Assembly (NCBI GenBank): GCA_041738615.1 | Contig: JBGSPL010000004.1 | Span: 129,203-193,202, forward strand | Length of the DNA stretch: 64,000 nt | Reading direction: 5' to 3' | Source of the DNA: Patescibacteria group bacterium | GTDB taxonomy: Bacteria; Patescibacteriota; CPR2; UBA1875; CAIMLA01 | Shown: in pieces, positions 17,552 through 27,879 of the stretch | Numbering within the stretch: position 1 is the first letter of the stretch | Layout of the letters: every line of letters begins with the position of its first letter | Translations under genes and position numbers: made by a program | The notes under the pieces: generated by a model | The model's database searches: none | Seen by the model: only the letters and a program-made list of their open reading frames with translations | What the model was told of the DNA's origin: nothing

Positions 17552-19372
17552 ATGAATATTCGTAATATCGCAATTATTGCCCACGTTGACCATGGCAAGA
17601 CTACGCTTGTGGATGGCTTCCTGAAGCAGACTAAGCTTTTCCGTGAAAACGAGGCTCTCATGAGTCAGTCACTGATCATGGACTCTGGAGATCAGGAACA
17701 TGAACGTGGCATCACCATTACCGCCAAGAATACGGCAGTTGTATACAACGAGATCAAAATCAACATCGTCGATACCCCTGGTCATGCTGACTTTGGTGGT
17801 GAGGTAGAACGAACGCTAAACATGGCCGATGGCGCTATCTTAGTTGTTGATGCCCAGGAAGGCCCGATGCCTCAGACGAAGTTTGTTTTGCGTAAGGCAC
17901 TAGAGCTTGGACTCAAGATGATTGTGGTCATAAACAAGATAGATAAACGCGATGCTCGTGTAGGCTACGTTATCGACAAGATTCATGACTTATTCCTAGA
18001 CATGGCCACCGATATGGACCAGCTCGAGTTTCCTATCTACTATGCGATTGCCAAAGAGGGTAAATCCTGGGCCGAAATGCCAAAGGATTTCTCAGAAGAT
18101 GCAGACCTCTCACCGATTTTTGAAGCAATCGTAAAGTACATTCCCGCACCAGACGCAGACAAGAATAAGCCTTTCCAGATGCTCGTGACCACACTAGAGC
18201 GCGACAGCTACCAGGGTAAGTACGCCATCGGGCGTATCACTCGTGGCTTCGCCAAGCCTGGGATGTCGCTAGTACTTATTGATCGTGACGGCAATCCCGA
18301 GACAGTTCGGGCCGAAAAGGTATTTGTAAGCCAGGGACTCAAAAAGGTCGAAGTTGCTACCGCAGAGCCGGGAGATATCGTAGCTCTTACTGGGATCAAG
18401 AACGCTCATATTGGTGACACGCTTGCTGATCCAGCGATGCCAGACGCTCTTCCAACTATCGAGATTGAGGAGCCTACGCTAAAGATGTCACTCGCAGTAA
18501 ATACCTCTCCTTTTGCCGGCAAAGAAGGCAAATTTGTGACTTCACGTCAGATCTTAGATCGCATCAATCGTGAGCTCGAAACCAATGTTTCGCTCAAGAT
18601 GGAGCTAGGACTTGATGCAGACTTTATCCTTTCTGGACGTGGCGAGCTGCACCTCTCGGTATTTATCGAGACACTGCGTCGTGAAGGCTTCGAGATTCAG
18701 GTTGGGAAACCACAGGTTATTATCAAAGAAGTGAACGGCGTCAAGATGGAGCCTGTAGAGGAACTTACCGTTGACGTTGGTACGGAATATGTTGGCGGTG
18801 TTACTGGTGAAGTTGGCCGACGTAAGGGTAACCTGATCCAGCAGATAGAGAATGCCGATGGCACCACTCGTTTGATGTTCGAAATTTCTACACGTGGTAT
18901 TCTCGGCCTCCGCAATCAACTGCTTACACTTTCCCGTGGCACTGCCATTATGAACTCACTATTTAAAGAATTTATTCCATATACTGGCTCGATCCCTCGT
19001 CTGAGGAACGGTGTACTTATCGCCTCCGATACGGGTAAGGCTGTTACTTATGGCCTAAACATCGCCGAGGGTCGCGGTACGATCTTTGTAGCGCCACAAA
19101 CCCAGGTTTACGCTGGTATGATCATCGGGCTTAACACCCGAGCCGAAGACATTGAGATCAATGTTTGCAAGGAAAAGAAGCTTACCAATACTCGTGCCAG
19201 TGGCTCTGATGATACAGTTTCGCTGACCCCAGCTACAATCTTTAGCCTAGAGCAGTCACTCGATTTCCTAGAGGATGATGAACTCCTGGAGGTTACGCCA
19301 GTAAGTCTAAGACTCCGTAAGAAGTTCCTAGATCCAAACGTGCGCAATCGAATGCGAAAACAAAAAGCCTAA
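17552..19372 (+). CDS. typA: Translational GTPase TypA/BipA
   Basis: IRNIAIIAHVDHGKTT, RGELHL, KKLTN motifs. Confidence 0.97.
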   Translation: MNIRNIAIIAHVDHGKTTLVDGFLKQTKLFRENEALMSQSLIMDSGDQEHERGITITAKNTAVVYNEIKINIVDTPGHADFGGEVERTLNMADGAILVVDAQEGPMPQTKFVLRKALELGLKMIVVINKIDKRDARVGYVIDKIHDLFLDMATDMDQLEFPIYYAIAKEGKSWAEMPKDFSEDADLSPIFEAIVKYIPAPDADKNKPFQMLVTTLERDSYQGKYAIGRITRGFAKPGMSLVLIDRDGNPETVRAEKVFVSQGLKKVEVATAEPGDIVALTGIKNAHIGDTLADPAMPDALPTIEIEEPTLKMSLAVNTSPFAGKEGKFVTSRQILDRINRELETNVSLKMELGLDADFILSGRGELHLSVFIETLRREGFEIQVGKPQVIIKEVNGVKMEPVEELTVDVGTEYVGGVTGEVGRRKGNLIQQIENADGTTRLMFEISTRGILGLRNQLLTLSRGTAIMNSLFKEFIPYTGSIPRLRNGVLIASDTGKAVTYGLNIAEGRGTIFVAPQTQVYAGMIIGLNTRAEDIEINVCKEKKLTNTRASGSDDTVSLTPATIFSLEQSLDFLEDDELLEVTPVSLRLRKKFLDPNVRNRMRKQKA

Positions 19373-19373
19373 C

Positions 19374-19398
19374 AAAAGCCCCCGCTCGGGGGCTTTTT
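19374..19398 (+). terminator. Intrinsic terminator of typA
   Basis: AAAAGCCCCC-GCTC-GGGGGCTTTTT. Confidence 0.8.
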
Positions 19399-19503
19399 AC
19401 ATCGCAGAAAATGAAAATGATTGAAAACATTCTCGAACGGCGATATAATGACCGAGCCAAAAGGAAATCTGCAGCTTATGCTGCCTGACCCGAAGGAGTA
19501 CAA

Positions 19504-19779
19504 ATGGGAGTTCCGGTAGTAATGCCGGAAGGTGAATTGCAGCAGTGGATGATGACAACCGCTTGCATCGATCCTGTCACTGGTGGGATTCACCTTCGTA
19601 GGCTCGACCCGGTCTACGTCGAGGTTGACTTCGACAAGCAGGTCGGGTTCACCCAGTTCGGCGGGGAACTCAAGCTGTTCCCGTTAGACGATGGCGTGCC
19701 CAGGCCTCAGCTCGTTGTTACCGACCAGGTACTGGTCGATGGAGACGGGAATTGGGGTATCTATCCGAAGCATGAGTAA
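19504..19779 (+). CDS. Small orphan protein (GC-rich islet C)
   Basis: TTGAAA-17-TATAAT at 19421-19449; AAGGAG SD. Confidence 0.65.
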   Translation: MGVPVVMPEGELQQWMMTTACIDPVTGGIHLRRLDPVYVEVDFDKQVGFTQFGGELKLFPLDDGVPRPQLVVTDQVLVDGDGNWGIYPKHE

Positions 19780-19791
19780 GGAGGTGGTCTC

Positions 19792-20064
19792 TTGGCTACC
19801 TTGATGGGTCGTTACCTCGGTAATGTAGAACTTACCGAGGGTGAGCGGCATAAGGTGGAAGAGGCAACAACGCAGAGTTGCCCTGGTCTTGCCGTCTCGG
19901 AGGCGGGCGCCACTGTGATACTGGAACACGAGGATCGTGTCGAGGTAGTTGCGACACCGGAGTGCTACATGCTCTTTGAGCCTCTCCCTGCGCAGGAGGT
20001 TTGCGTTCTTCCCGGAAACCATGTGCGAGTACTGACCAATGGTTCGTGGTTCTTGGACCACTAG
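19792..20064 (+). CDS. Small acidic orphan protein (islet C)
   Basis: TAAGGAGGT SD, TTG start, long hairpin and U tract at 20072-20117. Confidence 0.6.
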   Translation: MATLMGRYLGNVELTEGERHKVEEATTQSCPGLAVSEAGATVILEHEDRVEVVATPECYMLFEPLPAQEVCVLPGNHVRVLTNGSWFLDH

Positions 20065-20173
20065 CCCAACCAAGCCCCCTGTGGCCGACCGAAGCGTCGC
20101 CCCGCGCGGGGCTTTTGTCGTTCTATTAGAGCCCTGCAGGGTGTAAAATATAGCCATAATAAAGGAGAATATT

Positions 20174-20704
20174 ATGTCAGAAACATCACATCCTATTATG
20201 CGCGACCTTATGACTCATGTATTACAAGTCCTATATATGCTCTTTCTTGGGATTGTGATAGCTGCCCTGTTTGGCCTTGGCGTGGATAATTTTTACCCAG
20301 CACCAAAGGCGCCAGAATATCCGACTATTTTGCAGAATCAGCAGTACAAAACAGTGCCGACCACCGCGCAGACAGAGGCAGAGCTCGCAGCACAGAAACA
20401 ATATGACAGTGCCCAAAAACAGTACACGGAGGACATGAAACCCTACACCAGGAATGTTTCGATAATCGTAATGGTATTAGCGGTGCTAGCCCTCGCTGTA
20501 TCTCTTACAGTCCTATCACGGTGGGAGATTCTCGCTAATGGTTTTCTGCTCGGCGGTGTCTTCTCGATGGCATATAGCATCATCCAGGGAATGATATCAG
20601 AGGACACGAAATTCCGATTTCTTGTCATCTGTCTCGCAGCCCTAGTGACGTTGGTCCTTGGGTACGTGAAATTTGTCCGTCCAGGTGAGAAACAAAGTAA
20701 TTAG
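20174..20704 (+). CDS. 4-TM membrane protein
   Basis: AAGGAG SD; hydrophobic segments around a soluble loop. Confidence 0.75.
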   Translation: MSETSHPIMRDLMTHVLQVLYMLFLGIVIAALFGLGVDNFYPAPKAPEYPTILQNQQYKTVPTTAQTEAELAAQKQYDSAQKQYTEDMKPYTRNVSIIVMVLAVLALAVSLTVLSRWEILANGFLLGGVFSMAYSIIQGMISEDTKFRFLVICLAALVTLVLGYVKFVRPGEKQSN

Positions 20705-20718
20705 TAACAAGGATAGCT

Positions 20719-20976
20719 ATGGATATCGAAGACGAAATCAGCCAAATTCATGTACGAAATGCACGGGTGGAGGCAGAGAAGGCCTGGGAAACCAGTGCCT
20801 TCCGCATAATCCTGGTTTGTTTTATGACTTACTCAGTCACAGCAATTGTTTTCGCGATTATCGGCGTGCGCGATTTTCTTCTGAATGCCCTTATTCCCAC
20901 GTTAGGATTTTTTGTATCGACCCTGAGCCTCCCGTCTCTTCGAAAATGGTGGATAGATAGGAAACTTGGGAAATGA
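20719..20976 (+). CDS. Small 2-TM protein (RNARVEAEKAWETS type)
   Basis: Coupled within the operon; hydrophobic C-terminal half. Confidence 0.7.
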   Translation: MDIEDEISQIHVRNARVEAEKAWETSAFRIILVCFMTYSVTAIVFAIIGVRDFLLNALIPTLGFFVSTLSLPSLRKWWIDRKLGK

Positions 20977-21338
20977 ACGCAGAAAAAGTCATTGAAAAGC
21001 TGAAATCAGAATACCCGGGGAAAAACATTGTTCAGAATTCACCAGAGGAACCAACTGAAATCGTTTGTGAGATAGACCCAGAGAGAGGTGTAGCAGTAGC
21101 TGTTATCGACCGGTCCGAGCCGCATCATCATGATAAAATCGCGGAAAGTTATAAAATCCTTTCTGGATCACTTGCTTTATATATTGATGGCAGCGAGAAA
21201 GAACTGGAAGTGGGCGACGAATTTGAGGTTTATCCGGGTGAAGTGCACTTTGCGCTAGGTGATGAAACCTGGGTCGAAGTCACATCGACTCCGCCTTGGT
21301 CAGCTAATGACCATATATTGGAAGGAATTTCAGCATGA
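20973..21338 (+). CDS. Cupin-domain protein
   Basis: PHHH...E.Y and PGEVH cupin motifs. Confidence 0.8.
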   Translation: MNAEKVIEKLKSEYPGKNIVQNSPEEPTEIVCEIDPERGVAVAVIDRSEPHHHDKIAESYKILSGSLALYIDGSEKELEVGDEFEVYPGEVHFALGDETWVEVTSTPPWSANDHILEGISA

Positions 21339-21868
21339 AAAAAGCTATCATTATACACGGCTGGGAAAGTAGTCCTGAAGAGCATTGGTATCAAGAAGAG
21401 AAGGCCTTACTGGAAGGTAGGGGATATGAAGTTTGCGTACCCTTGATGCCAGGAGGCTCATATCCTATTGAAGATGAGTGGGTCAGAGTAACAGCTGGCT
21501 ATAATCCAGACAAGGAGACTGTTTTGATCGGCCACTCTTTGGGTGCACCTACGATACTCAGATACCTAGAAAAGGCGGAAAGTCCCGTCGGAAAGGTGTT
21601 TTTAGTGGCTGGTTTTGCCTCTCCATTACAACTAGATTACCCAAACGAGGAGTATCCTCGAAAATTTGTCGAAAGGCCATTCGATTGGGGTAAAATCCGT
21701 AACAATGCAGAAGAATTTTGGGTTATCAATCAGGATCATGACCAGTGGGTTCCGTTTGCGAAAGGCCGTGAAATTTCCGGAAATGTGGCTGGGAACCTTA
21801 CCCAAGTGGAAGGAACCGACCATTTCGATAAGATGAACCTCAATTTGATAAACGAAAGGCTGAGATGA
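21335..21868 (+). CDS. RBBP9/YdeN-family alpha/beta hydrolase
   Basis: IIHGW, GHSLG, D.WVP, DHF motifs. Confidence 0.85.
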   Translation: MKKAIIIHGWESSPEEHWYQEEKALLEGRGYEVCVPLMPGGSYPIEDEWVRVTAGYNPDKETVLIGHSLGAPTILRYLEKAESPVGKVFLVAGFASPLQLDYPNEEYPRKFVERPFDWGKIRNNAEEFWVINQDHDQWVPFAKGREISGNVAGNLTQVEGTDHFDKMNLNLINERLR

Positions 21869-22524
21869 AACTACTACTAGCATCACAGGGTATCACGAAT
21901 AAAAGTCTCGAGAAGGCCTTCTTTGGCCTGGTGGGTAAAAAGTCCGAGGAGTTAATAGTTGCTTATGTACCAACTGCGGTTTATGGTGCTTCGAGTGTCA
22001 ATAAGTCTTGGATGGTGGATAATCTTATCTCTTTACGTACGATGGGCATCGGTAAAATCGACATTGTGGACCCTCTTGCCATGCCGAAGGAAATGTGGAT
22101 GCCCAGATTTGAACGTGCAGACGTTATCTTTGTCGAGGGCGGTTCGCCTGCTTGGGCCTATGAATCGTTCGAACAAACGGGTTTTCTAGATGTTTTGCCA
22201 GATTTGCTAAAGTCGAAGGTTTATGTGGGTTGTAGTACTGGTTCTATGATTCTCGGTGAAAAAGTATTCTCCAGTAAAAAAACGGAATTTCCAAATAGTA
22301 CAACCGGGCTCAACATTTTTTCCGGCCTTGGACTAGTAAACTTTAGCATTCGTCCTCATATATACAGACCTGATAAGGCCGACATTACCCTAGAGATGAT
22401 TGCTGATATCGCGAAAAAGCACCAAACTAAATACTATGGGATAGATGATGATACGGCTATTTTAATCGATGGTGAAAAGTTTGAGATTATCTCAGAGGGT
22501 AAGTGGAAAGAGTTTGAAAAATGA
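21865..22524 (+). CDS. Peptidase E (S51) family protein
   Basis: YVPTA, EGGS, GCSTG, RPH motifs. Confidence 0.8.
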   Translation: MKLLLASQGITNKSLEKAFFGLVGKKSEELIVAYVPTAVYGASSVNKSWMVDNLISLRTMGIGKIDIVDPLAMPKEMWMPRFERADVIFVEGGSPAWAYESFEQTGFLDVLPDLLKSKVYVGCSTGSMILGEKVFSSKKTEFPNSTTGLNIFSGLGLVNFSIRPHIYRPDKADITLEMIADIAKKHQTKYYGIDDDTAILIDGEKFEIISEGKWKEFEK

Positions 22525-23174
22525 AATTGCTCCTGACATCAGCAGGCATTAGCAATAAATCCATAGAGCAAGCGTTCTATGCCTTACTAGACAAACCCGT
22601 TAGTGAGACGAAGGTGGCCTACATCCCGACGGCGGCAAACGTAGAGATGGACGACAAGAGCTGGTTGATAAATGATTATGCCAATCTAAACGGACGTGGG
22701 TTCGCCCAGATTGATATCGTGGATATCTCCGCGATACCGCAGAAGCTTTGGCAGCCACGCCTGGAAAAGGCTCACGTGCTCTTTTTTGGGGGTGGGAACA
22801 CCTTCCATTTGAAGTATTGGATTGAAAAGTCCGGGCTACAAAAACACCTGCCGGAATTATTGAAGACACGAGTTTGGGCAGGCATAAGCGCTGGGAGTAT
22901 GGTGGCAGGCAGGAGCCTTGCGAGTAAGAACGATCAGATATTTGCCGAAGATATGGGAGAAGTTGCGAATACCAGGGGCTTGGGGTATGTGGATTTCAGC
23001 TTGAAGCCTCATTATCATTCAGCATACTTTCCTGGCGTAAATGATGAAAACTTGGCGAAGGCAGCCACAGACCTAGACACCAAGCTCTATGCCCTGGACG
23101 ATCAGTCGGCAATAGTAGTAAATGGCGACAAGTTTGAAGTAGTGTCTGAAGGTCAGTGGAAGGAGTTTAACTAG
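22521..23174 (+). CDS. Peptidase E (S51) family protein, paralog
   Basis: YIPTA, GGGNT, GISAGS, KPH motifs. Confidence 0.85.
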   Translation: MKLLLTSAGISNKSIEQAFYALLDKPVSETKVAYIPTAANVEMDDKSWLINDYANLNGRGFAQIDIVDISAIPQKLWQPRLEKAHVLFFGGGNTFHLKYWIEKSGLQKHLPELLKTRVWAGISAGSMVAGRSLASKNDQIFAEDMGEVANTRGLGYVDFSLKPHYHSAYFPGVNDENLAKAATDLDTKLYALDDQSAIVVNGDKFEVVSEGQWKEFN

Positions 23175-23175
23175 G

Positions 23176-23766
23176 ATGAAACGAGCGCTAATTATTCATG
23201 GTTGGACTGCGAATCCACAGATGCACTGGTTTCCCGATATGATTAACTACTTGGAAACACTGGGTTACCAAGTAGAAGCTCCACTCATGCCGATGCGGTT
23301 TACGCCAACAGAGAAGACCTGGGTAAGTGTCATAGAGGACTTTGCTCCTGATGAGCACTCGATACTTATAGGACATTCGCTAGGTAGTACAACAATTCTT
23401 GAGTATTTAGAGACTAGTGGCCAGAAAGTAAAAAAAGTTTTGCTTACGGGCGCCCCGATAAGGCATAGCGAGCAACTACATCTTACCGAACCCCGCACAT
23501 TCAAACTTTACGCCCAGTCTGTCGGGATAGAGTGTCTTCTTGACGCTTGTGGTTATGACGAAATATATGATTGGGAACAAATAAGACAGAAAGCCGACAG
23601 CTTTTCTCTAATATATAAAAGAGACGATAGGCTCGTGCCGTTAGATGATGGTAAGGTCTTAGCAAAACATTTGAATGCCAACTTGCACGTTCTTTCCGGT
23701 TATGATCACTGTGATTATATTGATCCGGCGACTCTTAAGAGGGCTTTGCTGGAAGGCACAGCATGA
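23176..23766 (+). CDS. RBBP9/YdeN-family alpha/beta hydrolase, paralog
   Basis: IIHGW, GHSLG, DDRLVP, DH motifs. Confidence 0.8.
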   Translation: MKRALIIHGWTANPQMHWFPDMINYLETLGYQVEAPLMPMRFTPTEKTWVSVIEDFAPDEHSILIGHSLGSTTILEYLETSGQKVKKVLLTGAPIRHSEQLHLTEPRTFKLYAQSVGIECLLDACGYDEIYDWEQIRQKADSFSLIYKRDDRLVPLDDGKVLAKHLNANLHVLSGYDHCDYIDPATLKRALLEGTA

Positions 23767-24215
23767 TTGTTGATTACTCAGATTTGTCTACTTTAGCTAC
23801 GGGAAAAGTTACTTTTGTAATCGGTACCTTCGACATCCTTCATGTCGGTCATATCCATTTTCTGGAGGAAGCCAAAAAAGCTGGCAACGGAAACAAGCTC
23901 CTCGTGGGTATTGTTCCTGATAAAATAGTTCGCGAGCGCAAGGGTGTCGGGCGGCCGTTAAACTACGCTGTGGAGCGTGCCGAGCTGGTAAACGCGCTTA
24001 GCTTGGTAGATTATGTCTTCGTTGCCCCCGAGTTACCGATTGGAGAAATTGCAACGCAGGTGATCCAAACCGTACATCCCGAGTTTGCGGTGGCGAGCCG
24101 AGAAGACTGGGAACATCGTACCGAGGACTGGAACACAGAGGGGACCAAACTAATTTTGATTGGCAAAATTCCTGAACGTTCGACTACAATAATTGTTCAA
24201 AAGATAAGGGAATAG
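23763..24215 (+). CDS. Cytidylyltransferase-like nucleotidyltransferase (RfaE-II/TagD/RibL superfamily)
   Basis: GTFDILHVGH, KGVGRP, RSTT motifs. Confidence 0.85.
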   Translation: MIVDYSDLSTLATGKVTFVIGTFDILHVGHIHFLEEAKKAGNGNKLLVGIVPDKIVRERKGVGRPLNYAVERAELVNALSLVDYVFVAPELPIGEIATQVIQTVHPEFAVASREDWEHRTEDWNTEGTKLILIGKIPERSTTIIVQKIRE

Positions 24216-24216
24216 T

Positions 24217-24770
24217 ATGGCATTGATGGATGTATTAGACGAGTCGGGGGCTGTCACAGGGGTCACGAAAACGAAGGCAGAAATACACGAACAAGGGCTA
24301 TGGCATCGCTCGGCTCATGTTTGGGTTTATGACTCTGCCGGGAATATCCTACTGCAGCTTCGCGCAAAGGATAAGGATAGTAGCCCTGGACTATGGGATA
24401 TCTCGGCTGCAGGGCATGTGGATGCAGGTGAGACGCCTGAATTCGCGGCATCAAGAGAGATTGCAGAGGAGATCGGGATTTCTGTCAAAGAGGATAACCT
24501 GACGAAAGTGTGGGAGAGAAGGGAATCGAGCTACGATCCAGCAAATGGCTGGACCAATAATCAAATTAGCTGTGAGTATGTTTTGCGCTACGACGGTGAA
24601 CATTCCTCTTTGGTTTTCAACCAGAAGAAATTGACGAACTTAGATGGCTCAGCGTCGGGGAACTAAAAAATGAACTTGCCAACCATGAGACTAAAACAAA
24701 ATACGTTGACCATGGGGACGGTTACTACGAGAGAATCATTTCAGAGATAGAGAAGGCACTTTGTTCATGA
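24217..24770 (+). pseudogene. NUDIX (IDI-like) hydrolase with an apparent -1 frameshift near 24615
   Basis: GHVDAGE...REIAEEIG motif; the -1 frame continues FQPEEIDELRW... to TGA 24770, which overlaps the next ATG. Confidence 0.7.
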
Positions 24771-25471
24771 AGTATGCAGAGGTAATGCAGCAGCTCGAAT
24801 CGCTAGCCAGCCATGATCCAAAGGACTTGGCCGGAATGGCACGGTTTGGAATAAACGTCGATAAAGCCTGGGTGATTAGTATCCCGAAGTTACGAATATT
24901 GGCAAAAGAAGTTGGGAAGGATCATCAACTCGCTCTTAAGGTCTGGGATTCCGGAATTCATGAAGCAAAGATCCTGGCGGGGTTCATTGACGATCCGAAG
25001 CTGGTTACGGCGGAACAGATGGAGAAATGGGCTCTAGATTTCGATTCCTGGGATGTGACGGACATGATTTGCGGTAACCTCTTTGACCGGACAGAGAATG
25101 CAGTGCAGAAGGCGATAGAGTGGTCCACGCGAGAGGAGACGTTTGTAAAGAGGGCAGGTTTTGTAATCATGGCCGGTCTCGCTGTTCATGACAAAAAGAT
25201 GGCAGATAAGCAATTCGTCGAGTTTTTAGAGACTATAAAGTGTGAATCAGGAGATAATCGCAATTTTGTCCGTAAGGCAGTGAACTGGGCTCTTCGCGCC
25301 ATTGGGAAGAGCAGGAATCGGTATCTCTATGAAAAGACCTTATCAACAGCCAGAGAAATACTGCAATCTAGCCAAGGCTGGAGCGATGAAGAAAAGAAGG
25401 CGGCTCGATTTATCGCCGGTGACGCCCTCCGAGAACTAGAAAAAGAATACATTCGTAAGCGTTTTCTCTAG
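24767..25471 (+). CDS. DNA alkylation repair protein (AlkD-like)
   Basis: GMARFGI, DFDSWDVTD, FVRKAVNWALR motifs. Confidence 0.85.
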   Translation: MKYAEVMQQLESLASHDPKDLAGMARFGINVDKAWVISIPKLRILAKEVGKDHQLALKVWDSGIHEAKILAGFIDDPKLVTAEQMEKWALDFDSWDVTDMICGNLFDRTENAVQKAIEWSTREETFVKRAGFVIMAGLAVHDKKMADKQFVEFLETIKCESGDNRNFVRKAVNWALRAIGKSRNRYLYEKTLSTAREILQSSQGWSDEEKKAARFIAGDALRELEKEYIRKRFL

Positions 25472-25547
25472 AAAGAACTCTCTACATAAAAAGCAGAAAG
25501 GGAGACGCGCGGTCTCGCTTTCTGTAAAGCAATGACGCAAGTCTCCC

Positions 25548-25961
25548 TTACCAGGATCGTCTCTGGTGACTATCACGGGACATCCCGCGGGTAGCCTGGT
25601 TTGCGGCAGCGAAAGAGGTGTTAATGCGCCGGGTGTGATCGTGTGCCTCCTGTTCTCTTTCGGCGCGCCAAGTGGCTCGTACTTTAGCGAACCTGTTTTG
25701 GCTGACATAGGTCTGGAGCTCCTCTTGAATTTCCTCACTCATTCTCTTGCGCAGTTCTATATCGACCAAATAGCGGGTGCCGTTACGGCTGAGTGGTGCA
25801 TCGGACCACTTGCTATGGTCACTCAGGGCGCGCAAGACTGGGTCTGGCAGACCAGCATTATTCTTCTGTACCAAGCCATGAGAGCCATGAAACAGAAGGC
25901 AGAGAGCCAGGGCCAAGCGAAGCTCGGGGTCTTCGGTGGAGCGAACAATCTTCGGTACCAT
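25548..25961 (-). CDS. Orphan protein (GC-rich islet D)
   Basis: Minus-strand TTGAAG-17-TAAAAT, GAGGAG SD before ATG 25961, long hairpin GGGAGAC...GTCTCCC plus U tract after the stop. Confidence 0.6.
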   Translation of the reverse strand: MVPKIVRSTEDPELRLALALCLLFHGSHGLVQKNNAGLPDPVLRALSDHSKWSDAPLSRNGTRYLVDIELRKRMSEEIQEELQTYVSQNRFAKVRATWRAEREQEAHDHTRRINTSFAAANQATRGMSRDSHQRRSW

Positions 25962-26163
25962 CCCTGGGCTCCTCTCGATATTGTCGGGTTTTGGGACGTG
26001 CGAGGATTTTAACACAGAAATGTGTTTTCTTCAATCGAAAGATGGTTTTTGTTGCGATCTTGCAAAAAAGATTTGACGGCAATTTCCAGGGGGGCTAAAA
26101 TAATTGTAGTAAATGAGGTGGTGGTCCCAATATTTGGGACCTTTTAAGAGATAGAAGGGAGTC

Positions 26164-27771
26164 GTGTTGGGTAAAGATACCAAATACATTTTTGTTACTG
26201 GTGGTGTAATCTCGGGTCTCGGCAAGGGGATATTTGGTGCCTCTATCGGCAACATCCTCAAAAGTCGGGGCTTTTCTGTAAACATGCAAAAGTGTGATCC
26301 GTATCTCAACGTCGATGCCGGTACCCTCAATCCTGGAGAACACGGCGAAGTTTTCGTCACTGACGATGGCGCCGAAACAGACCTAGACCTCGGACACTAC
26401 GAGCGCTTCATCGATACACCGATGACCAAGCTCTCTTCCGTGATGACAGGAAAAATTTACACACAAGTTCTCGAAGACGAGCGTAAAGGAAAATATCTTG
26501 GCAAGACGGTACAGGTCATCCCTCATATCACAAACAAGATTCAAGACAACATCATAAACGCGGCAGGTGACTTTGACATCCATATCGTAGAGATCGGAGG
26601 CACGGTTGGCGATTATGAGGGTTTGCACTTTATCGAGGCTATCCGTCAAATGCGTCGTAGGATAGGCCGCGAGAATGTGCTCTACGCGCACCTGGTTTAT
26701 TTGCCATTTATTGAGGCATCCAAGGAGCTCAAGACAAAACCAGCACAGAATAGTGTGCGAGACTTATTGCAGCTTGGGATTCATGCAAATATTGTCGCTT
26801 GTCGTGCTGATCATGCTATCGAACAGGAGCATCTGGCAAAAATTGCTCTCTATGCCGATGTCGACGAAAAAGCGGTGGTTCCACTGCCTACAATAAACAG
26901 TGTCTACAAAGTACCTCACAACCTTGAGAAAGTGGGACTGGGTGATTATATCTGCGAGAAACTGAACCTGCCTATCCGTAAACCAAAGGAGAACGGCTTG
27001 GCCAAGTATCTGGTGGACCTAGAAAAGTCGGACAAAGAGGTGAAGATTGGGCTCATAGCAAAGTATATGTCTAACGAGGATACCTACAAGAGTGTAAATG
27101 AGGCTATCCAGGCAGCAACGGTAAATAACGGTGCTTGCGCGAAGATTGTTTGGATAGATGCAGAGAAGATCGAGAAAGCAGGAACAGATGTTCTGAAGGA
27201 CCTTGATGGGATTGTCGTTCCTGGTGGCTTTGGAAATCGCGGCACACTGGGCAAAGTGATGGCTGCGCAGTATGCTCGCGAGAATAATGTTCCTTATCTT
27301 GGGCTTTGCCTAGGGATGCAAATCGCTACTATCGAGTTTGCACGCAATGTTCTCGGTTGGAAGGATGCTGATAGCGAAGAATTCAGACCAGAGGGCAAGT
27401 GTAATGTAATCCATATCATGCCAGAGCAGAAGGCGATTATGGACAAGGACGAATACGGGGCTACCATGCGTCTCGGGGCTTACCCTTGCGTTTTGGACAA
27501 AAAATCTCGATCTTTCAAGCTCTATGGCGAAGAGAAAATTAGCGAGCGACATCGCCATCGCTTTGAATTCAATAATGATCACCGGGAAGAGTTCACGGCC
27601 GCCGGACTATTATTCGCCGGTCTTTCGCCGAACCACCACTTGGTAGAGATAGTTGAAATTCCAGAACACAAGTTCTATGTAGGAGTACAGTTCCACCCTG
27701 AGTTCAAGAGCCGTCCGGGCAATCCGCACCCCTTGTTTGATGGATTTGTGAAAGCTATACTCGGGAAATAA
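26164..27771 (+). CDS. pyrG: CTP synthase
   Basis: KYIFVTGGVISGLGKG, GLCLGMQ, QFHPEF motifs. Confidence 0.97.
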   Translation: MLGKDTKYIFVTGGVISGLGKGIFGASIGNILKSRGFSVNMQKCDPYLNVDAGTLNPGEHGEVFVTDDGAETDLDLGHYERFIDTPMTKLSSVMTGKIYTQVLEDERKGKYLGKTVQVIPHITNKIQDNIINAAGDFDIHIVEIGGTVGDYEGLHFIEAIRQMRRRIGRENVLYAHLVYLPFIEASKELKTKPAQNSVRDLLQLGIHANIVACRADHAIEQEHLAKIALYADVDEKAVVPLPTINSVYKVPHNLEKVGLGDYICEKLNLPIRKPKENGLAKYLVDLEKSDKEVKIGLIAKYMSNEDTYKSVNEAIQAATVNNGACAKIVWIDAEKIEKAGTDVLKDLDGIVVPGGFGNRGTLGKVMAAQYARENNVPYLGLCLGMQIATIEFARNVLGWKDADSEEFRPEGKCNVIHIMPEQKAIMDKDEYGATMRLGAYPCVLDKKSRSFKLYGEEKISERHRHRFEFNNDHREEFTAAGLLFAGLSPNHHLVEIVEIPEHKFYVGVQFHPEFKSRPGNPHPLFDGFVKAILGK

Positions 27772-27779
27772 TTGTTATA

Positions 27780-27805
27780 AAAAGGCCCCACTAGGGGTCT
27801 TTTTT
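27780..27805 (+). terminator. Intrinsic terminator of pyrG
   Basis: AAAAGGCCCC-ACTA-GGGGTCTTTTTT. Confidence 0.75.
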
Positions 27806-27879
27806 ATTGACACCATACGCATCCAGCGGGTGTATAATATAGACAGGTCGACAAGTAGTGAAAACTATAGGGGGATGAC

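Noticed and set aside
20064-20125. Integron attC site (GCCCAAC after the stop, then a long hairpin)
   Set aside because: No matching GTTRRRY, the other islets lack the core sites, and there is no integrase in the window
25566-26012. 148-aa plus-strand ORF
   Set aside because: Promoter, SD and terminator all support the minus-strand frame instead
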